The position numbers were made by a program, and so were the translations under genes. The notes beneath the pieces were generated by a model. The model did not search any database. It saw only the letters and a list, made by a program, of their open reading frames with translations, and was not told the origin of the DNA. Below, piece after piece: positions 1 through 11,580 of a DNA stretch of 64,000 nt (its first letter is position 1; each line of letters begins with the position of its first letter). This stretch comes from Mytilus trossulus (taxonomy: Eukaryota), in NCBI RefSeq assembly GCF_036588685.1, contig NC_086374.1:72850001-72914000 (forward strand), read 5' to 3'.

Positions 1-374
1 AAATTGATTGGATGTTAGCAATTATATGCATCAACAAAACCGTATCGTTGTCTATAACTCGGAATAACAACGTCCTTAAACTTAATGAAATGAGAGAAGC
101 AAGTTGTAATTTATTTGAAAGATATCTGTTTAGTAAAACAGACAACTAGAGGGCCAAAAAAAATAACCAACACACAAATCAGAAAATGAATCGAAGAAGT
201 GGTAGTCAATGATTTTAAATACTCTGAATTACTATATAATTTATCATTATGAACTGTCAATATTAAAAACAGGATAACGGGATTATGAAAGGCCCATTTG
301 GCTCAATGAAAAAGAGATTTTAATCATATGTTTTATTACAATCAAATTGTGTTAATGAAGTAAAAGAATCGTAC

Positions 375-534
375 CTAATATTGTATTCACTGTAAAGCCA
401 TGGAAGATGTTCAAGTTCCACTACTTCATTCATTGCATTTGTCGAATACACCATTTGTTCACTCTCTGATTCACAGAATTCATACGCGTTCTTCCATGTC
501 ATTTTATTAATTGAAAAGACAGAACGTGATTGCA
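375..534 (-). CDS. Internal exon of a C-type-lectin-like protein; gene continues past the left window edge
   Basis: Pyrimidine-rich acceptor (ttttgttgtttttatag|) and AG|GTACG donor. Encodes QSRSVFSINKMTWKNAYEFCESE, matching the CTLD N-terminal 'kxtWxxAxxxC' motif. Confidence 0.55.
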
Positions 535-809
535 CTATAAAAACAACAAAACAGAATTAAGATAAAAAAAAAAATGATATTTTATATGGCAATGTAAAGA
601 AGTGTTGTTAGGTGATGGAATAACATTAATAGCATCAATTATACTGCAGCAGATGTACATTTCGACAGTCAATGTATCTTCACAGAAGCTCAAAGCTTAT
701 TCAATTTAAAATTGAAAACATAATACAAAAATAAAATAAAAGTCCATTTAAGTCTGAATGAATACAAGATGAGGACCAGCAATATCGATTTACCAAACTA
801 TACAAACAT

Positions 810-1097
810 GTTTAACCCCGCCGCGTTTTTGTGCCTGTCCCAAGTCAGGAGCCTCTGACCTTTGTTAGTTTTGTATTATTTTAATTTTAGTTTCCTGTGT
901 ACAATTTGGAAATTAGTTTGGCGTTCATTATGACTGAACTAATATATATTTGTTTAGGGGGCAGCTGAAGGACGCCTCCGGGTGCGGGAATTTCTAGCTA
1001 CATTGAAGACCTGTTGGTGACCTTCTGTTGTTGTTTTTGTTCTACGGTCGGGTTGTTGTCTCTTTGACACATTCCCCATTTCCATTCTCAATTTTAT
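810..1097 (+). mobile_element. Abundant interspersed repeat (SINE-like), class not determined
   Basis: tttaaccccgcc...cctgtcccaagtcaggagcc...ttgacacattccccatttccattctcaatttta. Related copies at ~28905-29035 (-), ~31200-31540 (+), ~45000-45190, ~60475-60545 (-) and ~62340-62405. Confidence 0.7.
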
Positions 1098-1637
1098 TTT
1101 ATACACAATTCCTGATTATTTTTATATTTATTTCTGCAATTTCAATGGTGGAATTCCAATATTCACAAGCATTTGAAAAGAGATTTAATGTAAATATTTA
1201 TCTTAGACACCAAAAACCATGTAAATATAGATTAAAAGGTCAATTCTTATTTGGGAAGAAGATAAATAATTATTGTGCTTAAATCTGTTCATACATTCGT
1301 AAGATTTACGTCCAATGAAATATGTCGTATTATAGACAATGGATAATGAACTATTAAAATTAATTCATTAAACACATTGTATAGTTGATGTTATAGGCAT
1401 TTCTTTTATATAGTTAAATGGAAGGATGTCTTTAGAATGAAGACATGATCAATTTGTAAAGCCACCAGTCTAAATACCACATATTAAGATTATCAGTTAA
1501 CTGTGTAAGGGATAACCTACTATAGTTATGGAGTCAGTTAATTCCATATCAGTTCATTGATCCCATATATAAATATCAAATGGGGTCCTAGCACTTCATG
1601 TAACAAGCAATACCATTTTTCTGTCACATACATTTGT

Positions 1638-2419
1638 AGGACTCGGAACCGCGATGGTACTCCGAACCGCTGCGGTCACGCTGAAGTGCGATGGTCTACG
1701 CTGAAGGGCGATTGTTATATTGTGACGTTAAAACGCTGAAGTGCGATGGTGGTTACGTTGAAGTGCGATGGTGGTTACGCTGAAGTGCGATGGTGGTTGA
1801 ATAAAAGCAAAATGTTCATCAGTTGTTAAAATAAAATAACACCATTAAGATTTGACAAACGTAGCTGCTCAGTATCCTCTTAATTAAAAGACGTTTCAAC
1901 TTTTTTTTTATCAAACCAAAGACTTTAATTTTTGTTTAAATCTAATTTTCGAATTCTCCAATTCTCCTTTAAGCACACAAGAGTTAACATGAAACCTTCA
2001 TCTATTATGATTAATATTTACATTAGTATACTGTTTTTATCGTACAAAAAGTCTACGTCATAATTTAGAATACTTGTTAACCCATTGCAGCCAAATTCAT
2101 CTTTCTGCCGCTTTGCTTCCTTAAATGTTTAAACATATTTTTGTAACTTCAACATGTTATGGTTAAAACTGTTTGGGACTTGAATCTTTTGTGTCTTTCT
2201 TTTAACCTTACTTTCCCTTGTTATCATGAAACCTTCATCTACAAATTCATATTCCCCTGCCTGCGAAATCATGTTGTATTTTTAGAAAAGGTCAAATTAT
2301 TCAAACGTCATACACAAAACCATCGCACTTCAGCGAAAGAACCATCGTACTTCGGCGTGGACCATCGCACTTCAGAGTGACCATCGCACTGCAGCGTCCC
2401 TATCACACCTCCGAGTCCT
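1638..2419. mobile_element. Non-autonomous DNA transposon (MITE) with subterminal repeat arrays
   Basis: TIR AGGACTCGGA / TCCGAGTCCT. cgctgaagtgcgatggt is repeated at 1679-1797 and inverted (accatcgcacttcag) at 2319-2395. Confidence 0.75.
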
Positions 2420-2997
2420 TCATATTTAAAAGCAATAATGTGTTTACTAACGTTACGTGATTTGATCATTGATATTTACGAGATAAATCTTGGAAACCAA
2501 TTTAAATGAGCGCTCCGGAACTTCAAGTTTATCAATAGGTGCCTTGTAACAACCCCTAAATTGAAAGGATAAAGGATTAAAGTTGTCCAAGATATTAGTC
2601 TCTTTAAAGTAACGGTAGGTAAGACGAAGCTACCACATACGTATACATTAAGACAATAATGATAACAATGTATGCTACAAAATTGAACCAAACGTGTAAT
2701 AACATCAAAATGACATGAGTGTGTAAATAACAGTAATATATTCGGCTAGCTTGGTTGCGAGCTGAACTGTAATCGTTATTAGGTTAGTCATTTGGCTGTA
2801 ACAAGTAATACACTATGTGTATACACAAAGACTAGAATCCTGCCAACAGTGAAGTTGCAGAACGGGGATTATCCGTTGTTGGGGTTGTTTATATAAGAAA
2901 ATATGAAAAACAATAATTCATGGGTAGCCCTTGTGTTCGTTAGGGGCGAAAAGATTTTTTTGGTATATTTACTTGACGTAAGGCATATTAAGTTCAT

Positions 2998-3122
2998 TAA
3001 GAAATGACTGTAATATTTTTTCTGTCTATTAAGCAGTAAAATCAAAAAATTATTTTAAAGTGTGCAATACATTTTTTTAAGTTATTTCGAATAGACAGAA
3101 AAAATATTTCAGTCATTTCTTA
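2998..3122. repeat. Foldback palindrome, ~33-bp arms
   Basis: taagaaatgactgtaatattttttctgtctatt ... aatagacagaaaaaatatttcagtcatttctta. Confidence 0.75.
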
Positions 3123-3569
3123 TAATGTAATTCTAATTTCCATTTTTAACGGGAGTAAACCATGAAAAAATGTCGTCACAGTCACATTACAAAATAATGT
3201 CTATAAGCTGATAAACAAAACAACGTAAGCGAATCAGAAGACGTGTTACATCCAAAATTAGATTATATGTAAATGCACCACATTCCACATGTTAATAAAT
3301 TTAATATTTGTTAATTTCCTATTATTTACGACTTATTTATCAGTTTCATTTTTTATAATAGATTCAGAAGCAATGGTTATTTATTTTGAATTGGTAAGCT
3401 TGAAGGAGGTAAATATAAAGATATGTGGAATGCTTTCTAATTAATTTTTGTTATGCTCAAAGGCCAAAATATTTATCATCTAAATTTACACAATTACAAC
3501 TTTTATCTGACATAACGCATTGAGTCGTGAAAAATTCGAAATATAAAATAATTAAAAAAATTTCATTAC

Positions 3570-5559
3570 CTTTTATTAATCTGTGGATTAACATCCATAA
3601 GAAAGCCCAGTAAACCTAAAACATATGTTATAGACTACAAACAATAAGAGTAATGACATTACCATGAATACATTTTTTAACTGTTTTTTGTATTATTTTC
3701 CTACTTTTTGTTTCTTGGTGTACAATGAATGTAAGTCAATTTGATATTTTTTTCTATGTCACAATGAACTATAAAGATAAATGGACTTACGTTGTAAGAG
3801 ATAAAGATAAGTCTTAAATTCTGTAAAAACGATTAACAAATCAAAATTATACTTCATTCATGGCCCCGTTCATAAAATTGTTTTAGGTTTGACAACGTTT
3901 TTGCAATCTTAAAAACTAACCATCGACGCAACCTTGTCATAGACATCATCGACGACAGGATATAATGTCGCTATGTCTCGCTTCAATGATATACATGTCA
4001 CAAATCTTTAATTGACAAAAAATCAATAACTTGTTTCGTATTTAATTTTAAAAATAAAGCAAAAAAGGAAAGATAAAATATTTGATTATAAATTATAAAC
4101 ATAAAAACATGTATTATGACAAATTAAACTCATCACCATAAACCTAATGACTTAGAGTTAAAGAGCTATAGCTTAACGAGTTAACTTCAACAATCAACAA
4201 AACACAACAGCGCATTGTCATCCCATCGAATTGGAGATAAAGGATACTACAGATACAGTTAAGTCGGCTTCATATCTCGCCTTACATCTAAAAATTGACA
4301 ATTAGGGTCGGTTGAAAACAAAACTTTACGACAAAAGAGATGATTTCAGCATTCCAATTGTGAACTTTACATTTCTAAGTAGCAACATTCCAGCAGCACC
4401 TGCATACGGGGTATATATCTCCCAATTGATACGATATTCCCGTGCTTGCATTTCCTATCATGATTTTCTTGATAGAGGGTTACTACTCACAAGGAAGCTA
4501 TTAAACCAAGAGTTCCAAATGGTGAAGTTGAAATCATCCCTTCGTAAATTTTACGGACGCCATCACGAGTTGGTTGACCGCTATGGAATAACCGTTTCAC
4601 AAATGATATCGGATATGTTCCTTACGTCGTAACTACAATCCCCCCCTTTCATGAATGTGACCTACCGAATGAGACTATTTACCGGATTTGTAATCACATA
4701 AGCAACACGACGGGTGCCACATGTGGAGCAGGATCTGCTAAACCCTTCCGGAGCACCTGAGATCACCCCAAGTTTTTGGTAGGGTTCGTGTTGTTTATTC
4801 TTTAGTTTTCTTTGTTGTGTCATGTGTACCATTGTTTTTCTGTTTGTCTTTTTCATTTTTAGCCAATACCTCTGAATGACAACAAGAAACTAACAGTTTG
4901 ATTTGTGTACAACACAATGAACGAAAAACAAATGTATACTGCAACACACTACAACCATTGATATGCAAGCTCCTGCCATGCGACATGCAAACACATAACA
5001 TGTTGGCCGTGTTGGGAATTGCCTGAACAAAGCACTGACTACCAAGTAATTTTGGTATCTTATAAATATAAAACAGAAAAGATAATTAATCAACGTACCG
5101 AAATTAACATGGCTATAGTATTAATCCATCAATTCTTTTATCTCGTATTTTTTCCTGACATCATATGATCTGCATCCGCTTAATGTATAAAACAAAGGCT
5201 ATGATAAATAAACGTACAAATTTATGAACCAACTTTCGTTTCTGATTTTTGATGTTATTGTCCCATTGGTAATTTTGGTCAATTCTATAAGTTTTGGTTT
5301 TGATGTTACGTTTTTTGGGGGGCAAATATTTGTTATTAAAAGCATCCGAATTCTCACTTTTGTATATTTATGTATTAGAGTTAAACGCGCGTCTCAACTT
5401 GAAGACTCGTTATTTGCACTCGAATAAAAACAAATTTGGAAGGTCCTATGAAATACTAAAATTTAAAAGCATTAAAATGAAGAAAAAAAAATGCATTTGA
5501 ATTTAAAGTTTCAAAGATATTTATCATGGTATATCTCATTTGCTTACCTGGCCTATCAT
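3570..5559 (-). CDS. Candidate small 5' exons (5559-5548, 3820-3791, 3615-3570) of the lectin-like gene, encoding a possible signal peptide
   Basis: Donors are GTAAGC, GTAAGT and GTAATG; the two internal exons have AG acceptors. Phases 0/0/1 join in frame to exon 534-375, giving MIGQ|NLRLIFISYN|VYWAFLWMLIHRLIKV|QSRS. Speculative. Confidence 0.3.
4220..4866 (+). mobile_element. 5'-truncated Penelope-like retroelement: C-terminal RT/thumb region plus 3' tail
   Basis: PIELEIKDTTDTVKSASYL...RLKTKLYDKRDDFSIPIVNF...SSNIPAAPAYGVYISQLIRYSRAC is typical of Penelope-like RT C-termini. It is followed by a ggagcacctgagatcacccc...T-rich tail. Confidence 0.75.
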
Positions 5560-6243
5560 CCGACAGCAATAATTGCAAATGTCTGAACAAGTAAACAAGT
5601 TACTTGAAGGGTCAATTTTTCTCCATTTCGAAAAACATGATTGACTTTGAAATATCGATATTGACCTATCTGTAACAAATGTAGTTCTTTTGAAGCGACA
5701 TTGAATTACATCTTTTATTAAAAGGGTTTATCCAATTACGGATAAATTGATGCCCAATATTATCAAATGTTATAGTTATATAAACAAAAGGTCGTTGGTC
5801 TGGCTGTACAAATATGAATTGTTCAGTCCTAATTTTGGAAAGCTAAATTTATTTAATAAATAATTCAATATTTTTAAATCGACACCGTTATTCTTATATT
5901 TGTAAAACACAATTTGATGGAGCAGCTCTTAGTCTCTTTGGCGTCCAATTCCATAGCAATTTAAAAAAAAAAAGCAAACAATTATTCAAGGAATAAAACA
6001 TAAACATGAACAATCCATTGAAATACTTTATTTGCCAATATCGGCAATCTAAGTTAGACTGTTAGTCCCCGATGGCATCACCAACCCAGTAGCCAGTACT
6101 TCGGTCCTGGCATGAAAAAACGGATTGTTTGTGTTATTAAAATTATTATTCCTTTCACGGATTTGGCTATACTTTTTGGACCTTTTGGGTTATAGCTCTT
6201 CATCTTTTATATAAGCTTTGGATTTCAAATATTTTGGCCACGA

Positions 6244-6287
6244 GCATCACTGAAGAGACAAGTATTGTCGAAATGCTCATCTGGTGT
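6244..6287 (+). ncRNA. Type I hammerhead ribozyme within a partial retrozyme-like unit (~6056-6310)
   Basis: gcatca-CTGAAGA-gaca-agtat-tgtc-GAAA-tgctc-ATC-tggtgt: core boxes, helix II gaca/tgtc, helix I gcatca/tggtgt and a minimal near-palindromic helix III. Confidence 0.8.
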
Positions 6288-7984
6288 AGGAAAATTGGTA
6301 CCGTTCATGTTATTGGCAGATTAATTGCAATCACAATTTTCAAACAAAGCAGAAAAACTTCAATCAAAATAGATTAACGAAGTAAGACATGCTTAGTTTT
6401 AGAATTAATTGATTAACATCTAAGTTCACGAAATTAAGTACTAGTAATTCGTAATAATTAAGATATAAGATGTGAAAGGGGTCAGTATTCTAAACCAGGA
6501 AGTTATCCACGATTTTGTCTGTCTACCAACAGGGAAAAAATCAAGGTGAATACCTTTACTTTTCAGTCTGCCCATGATATGCACTGATGAGAGATACCTA
6601 TTTTAAACAATTGACACAAATAAATCAGGGTCTGCTTACCTATCTAAAGTACATGAAATCAGCCTAAAAATGTTTATGAGGGTCGTACTGCTTAATATTT
6701 GGTTTCGTGTCTTCATATTATTTTGTCTTTTTTTCCAGCCATTGCGTTATAAATAAAAATCGACTTGTGTTTTAATGCCCATTTGGTATATTTGTCTCTC
6801 TTTATAGTACTAATAGTATATCACTGAGGCAGATACGTAACGGGTGAGCGAGGATCATTAGCCATGATTGGCATCACTACAAAATAAACTGATAATTGTC
6901 GTTCATTAACAATTTTGTTTGACAAATCTGTCTGAATGACTTTATTTTTGTATTCTCTTAAAAAAGCAGGAGACTAAAAGTTTAATAAAATAAAAACTAG
7001 TGTTATCAATTTTGGTAGCACTATTTGGATTCTTCATTTCCAGAAATAGAAGTAATAATTTTCCAATTTTGTGTAATGCTTACCACTCGCAATAATAAGT
7101 CAGCACAAAAAATATGAATCATCAGTATGTTTACATTTTTGAACAGAGAATTTAATTCACTTGTATTTGTTGCAATCAATTACTTTCTTTTTCAGATCAT
7201 CATATGCAAGCCCCTGTCACTCCTCATAATTATACAAAATTATGTGTGTTGTATTGGTAGTATTTGATCATGTCATTACACATTTTTATTGAAATGTGTT
7301 TGAGGATTTTTCGAATTAAATATTGTCTAAATTAAGGATAGTGTTTATTTTCTATGTCAGACAAGACATGTTCAGGAACCCAATTGTAGAAAAATATGAC
7401 TTTTTGTGTATTCGATCATTAATAGATATAGGTAACACTAGTATACCGATGTTTAATGGTTATAAACTTATTAGGCGAAAAAAATTTGGGTCACAAACTA
7501 GAATCGAGAAGATGAAAACAATGAAACTACAGAAACACTGAATTGCAACAGACACAAACTCAAATATACATAGAAAAAGATTAATTGATGACGACTGTCG
7601 TATTCCCGACTTATTTATATTTATAATTTGGATATTCGTTGTATTATGTAATAAATCAAATATGTGATTGGAGACAAATCGGTGAAAATCTGTTAGCAGC
7701 AAATGCCCCTTTAAATGATTTGTTGGCAACTTGTTGTATAAAATCTGATCGGAAATGAGTGGGTGGGTGAAATATATCAAGTAAAACACGTCATAAAAAC
7801 AAAATAAGACACCTTATTGGTTACTTCACATTGACATTATAAAAACAATATAGATAGAATATAAGATCGGAACAATTAAAATTAATCATGGAAAAAAGCA
7901 TTTGTTTTTTTATTCTAAACATGCTTAAGTCACTTTTTTCTACAATAAATATAAACTAACGTTTAATATCATCACATCAGTAAC

Positions 7985-8530
7985 AATACAATCATCTTGG
8001 GGTCTTTTCTATTGGTTGACCTTATATGTAGTTGTCTGTCTATGTCTTTTCATATCTTTTCATGTTATATTGCTTTTCACGTATTCAAAACAATACTTTT
8101 TTATCATATTACATATGTACCATTTACAAACAAGAAATACACACCTGAGCGAATGAATGATTCATTAGTGCCTGAAAATATACGATTTAAAGGAATCTTT
8201 TAAATGCGTCAGTACCAAATGAACAAATTCTAGACAAAGGGTATATCTCTGTTTACCTTAGATTTATTTGTTTATTTTGTTTTTACATCCTTTCATGTTA
8301 TATAGCTCTTCGTGTATAGAATACCAAAGTTTTATCATATTACAAATGTAATGTTTATAATCAGACACATACGCCTGAGTGAATGAATCATTTGTCAAAG
8401 AGAATATGCTATAGATTCTCTATAAACTTACTAAAGGTTTAGCACTACAGAAAGGTACATAGTCCTTAATGAATCTTTTGAATACCCCAGTACACGATCA
8501 ACACATCGTAGACAATTGTAACTTCATGTA
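7985..8530. repeat. Diverged ~240-bp tandem duplication
   Basis: tttcatgttata...ttttatcatattaca...cctgag.gaatgaat recurs at ~8058-8160 and ~8291-8390; aggaatctttt...agtac recurs at ~8190 and ~8470. Confidence 0.55.
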
Positions 8531-10296
8531 TAGCATGTGTAGTATAAAATAACAATATCATTTCTGACTGTGGTAGTTATATAAATGTATGCTATCAATT
8601 AAGGATATACGACATACTCAAATTTGAACATCAAACAACGGCAAGTCAGCCACTTTTCTGAGGGGTGAAATAACACATCCAAAATTTATAAAGACGTTGC
8701 TTATTACTCATGTTACTGTTAAGGTTTGCATTTAATTTTTCTAGATCGTTATATTTAGTTTAAGTTTATACACAGTATTTTTTATTATTTTTTTATTTTA
8801 ATCAAATGCAGGTCTTTTGGTTCATTTTTCCAATAAAAGTAAAGACTGATTGATAAATGTCTTATTACGCTAAAATCATAGGTGAATAATTGCTATGATG
8901 AAGTAGAAAATCGAAGTCCTTTGTATTATGAGTTCAAAGATGTTTTCTTAGTGAATATAACTGTTGTGAAATAGCCGTTAACCTTAAAATGTTCGGTTCA
9001 ACACACCTATGTTGAACAACGACCTAGGTTCAGACTTGACATCATTAGCAAAAACACACTGAAGAACATTCTAGATCATTTTTCATTCAGGATACTCACA
9101 AACACATATTTAAATACATTTAACTTGCATCTTTTGTGTCGTTATTGCTCGTCAACTTTGTACTTTTTCTATCATTATTTTGATATAGCGAACGAGTTTT
9201 AAAATAAACACTCCGTTTGAAAGCGTAAACACAAAAAAATCCGGTAAATTATGATTTCATTTGTGATATAGAACTGGTTTTTAGAAAATGAATATCTAAG
9301 CAAGAAAGTTCGTGTTTTATCTTTCATTGTATATCTTTGAACTTCAGTTTTATCACACATTTCAATACTGTACTATTATTATTATCGTCTATGTCATTAT
9401 ATTATGCTGTTCCTTTACTTTTTGACTCGCAACACCGAGTTCTTAATTTTGATATCGTGACATGTGTCAATTAATAATATTGTCATGTTTTAGCTTAGGT
9501 CGATAAAAAGATTTTTGATGACGTCTTTTGAATATGTAAGTTATATTTAATAGATGACAGATGTGTATTTTAGTTAGATCGATCAATGTGTTGATATATA
9601 TCTGAATAAATTGATGAGTCAATGTTTTCATTTTCTGCTGATCATAGATACAGTACACGCATGTTTTGTGATCATAGTTGACTCAGATAAATAATTTGAG
9701 TGACATTTGCTGAAAAGTTGCAAACAGTTGAAACGCGGTAAATTGGGTTGATGATTAAAACAGTATTCATGTGGAACCAACTTACATTTTATTCTATTTT
9801 TTCTATTGTTTGCCATTGATTAGTCAATATTTTTTATTCAAAAAAGATACCAATATGTTCTTCCTATGCTTCTAACAATCGCCAATAGGATGATGCGCAG
9901 ATTTCCTACGGTATTTGAATATTCATGACCTTATTGCATAATATAAACCTGTCAAAATAAGCATATAAACTTAAATTTTTATTTTCATAGTCAACAACAT
10001 GGCGCCAGCGCCCTCAATTACATCAATAATTCAAAGCTAACTTTGATAATACTAACATCCACCCGAATGATGGTAGGGTGCAAGTTTATCTTTAGTTTGC
10101 ATAACTTGTGAAATTCAAATGCTACTTCTCCTGTTGAATAGGCAATTTGTTTGATTGTCAGTATAATAATTGTCTTAAAGAGTATTTATGGATATTCGAA
10201 TTAAACAAGAGCAACTGGTATATCACTTTGGAAATCTCCATCGAAACAAAACGTAAAATAATATCAAAAATACAAATGGAAGTTTTCCATATTATA

Positions 10297-11580
10297 TCAC
10301 AGAACATTAGTGGAAGAAGCAGATTTTAATGTCTTCCGTTTCTTTTTACGATTACTTCGGATAAATGTTTGATCACTTTTCACTGACGATGCTGAAGAAT
10401 CTGAATGTATTATGTCGTGAATTCGTTCACGCATTACCCTTTTGTATAGTTCCTGACTTTCTTTATCTATTGTTTTGATATTATACGTTCTATACGCAGT
10501 TGGGCGTTTATTGGGCATTGTAGGCTCACTCTTTTTATACATATTACTACATCGATTCATTTTCAGAGGTGCGTGAACTTCAGCTATGTGAACTACATTT
10601 TCATACGAATGTTTGTCCTTTTTACCAGTGTGACGTGTAGACCCATTTGAAAGTGTAGACTTTTGCATAATTCTTTCGTCTTCACTTGCTCTTATATCAG
10701 ATAGAGACTTCGAAAGAATTTTATTCTGTAAGTAAAACGCCGGGTTATCAACACCACTTAAGTGTTTTGAACGCTTTCCTTTCTCCTGTAAATGTATAGT
10801 ATCGTTATATTTAAACTTATTAAGTAAAATATCTGGCGAAAGATTATCTGGTTCTGAGTCATCTGTTAACGTTATCACTGTATAGTCATCATCTCTTGAT
10901 GAAGGCATATAACCTTGCAAGTAATTCATTTTATCAATAACCGTAGAACTCCTACGAAGTTGTGGCCGCTTGCCATCATTTCTATCGTCATTTGTGATTT
11001 TCGGACTTGCTTTACCCTTGGTTTCTGGCGCCAAAACTCGTACCAAGCTTACTGACTCCTGTGAAATGATAGGAAGATCATAACTAACAGACACATTGTC
11101 ATTTAAGTCTTTGTCAAAACAAACACATTGATTAGATAATGAACACATTGGAATATTCGGACAGCTAGAAATTATTGAAATTCCAGAATCTTGATCAGTT
11201 CCTGAACTGCGCTGACCCCTCGATTTTCTCGTTCTTCCAGACTGAGATTCCTCACTGCTTCCTAGATAGAACATGAGAGGCGGATTAATCTCTTTGCTGA
11301 ACACAGGACTTGACGGATCTCTGAAACTCATCTCAATTGCACCCAATCTTGCATTATTTCTGTTGATGTTGGGTCGGTGTCGAACAGTTTTTGAAATAAC
11401 CCATGATTTTGTTTTAGATAAGGTTTCCCGACACTTTCGATGCATTATAGCAACTAGAACTCCAAATATAATTAAAACACTGAGAAATGTAGCGATGAGA
11501 AGATATTTATCCCTCTCTGATTCAGATATCCCTGTCAACGGATAAATTACATGTGGTGGGTTCGTCTTGTTTGACGTCAT
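10297..11580 (-). CDS. Uncharacterised single-pass membrane protein (~427 aa, one coding exon) with a long low-complexity cytoplasmic tail
   Basis: 1.28-kb ORF in ~30% GC DNA. TM helix YLLIATFLSVLIIFGVLVAIM is followed by HRKCR. An acceptor (tgtttgtag|) lies at 11602, with an in-frame TGA just before ATG 11580. Confidence 0.8.
   Translation of the reverse strand: MTSNKTNPPHVIYPLTGISESERDKYLLIATFLSVLIIFGVLVAIMHRKCRETLSKTKSWVISKTVRHRPNINRNNARLGAIEMSFRDPSSPVFSKEINPPLMFYLGSSEESQSGRTRKSRGQRSSGTDQDSGISIISSCPNIPMCSLSNQCVCFDKDLNDNVSVSYDLPIISQESVSLVRVLAPETKGKASPKITNDDRNDGKRPQLRRSSTVIDKMNYLQGYMPSSRDDDYTVITLTDDSEPDNLSPDILLNKFKYNDTIHLQEKGKRSKHLSGVDNPAFYLQNKILSKSLSDIRASEDERIMQKSTLSNGSTRHTGKKDKHSYENVVHIAEVHAPLKMNRCSNMYKKSEPTMPNKRPTAYRTYNIKTIDKESQELYKRVMRERIHDIIHSDSSASSVKSDQTFIRSNRKKKRKTLKSASSTNVL

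Noticed and set aside
1645-1800. Short direct repeats resembling a CRISPR array
   Set aside because: No unique spacers, no cas genes and a eukaryotic context; the repeats are mirrored at the other end of a MITE.
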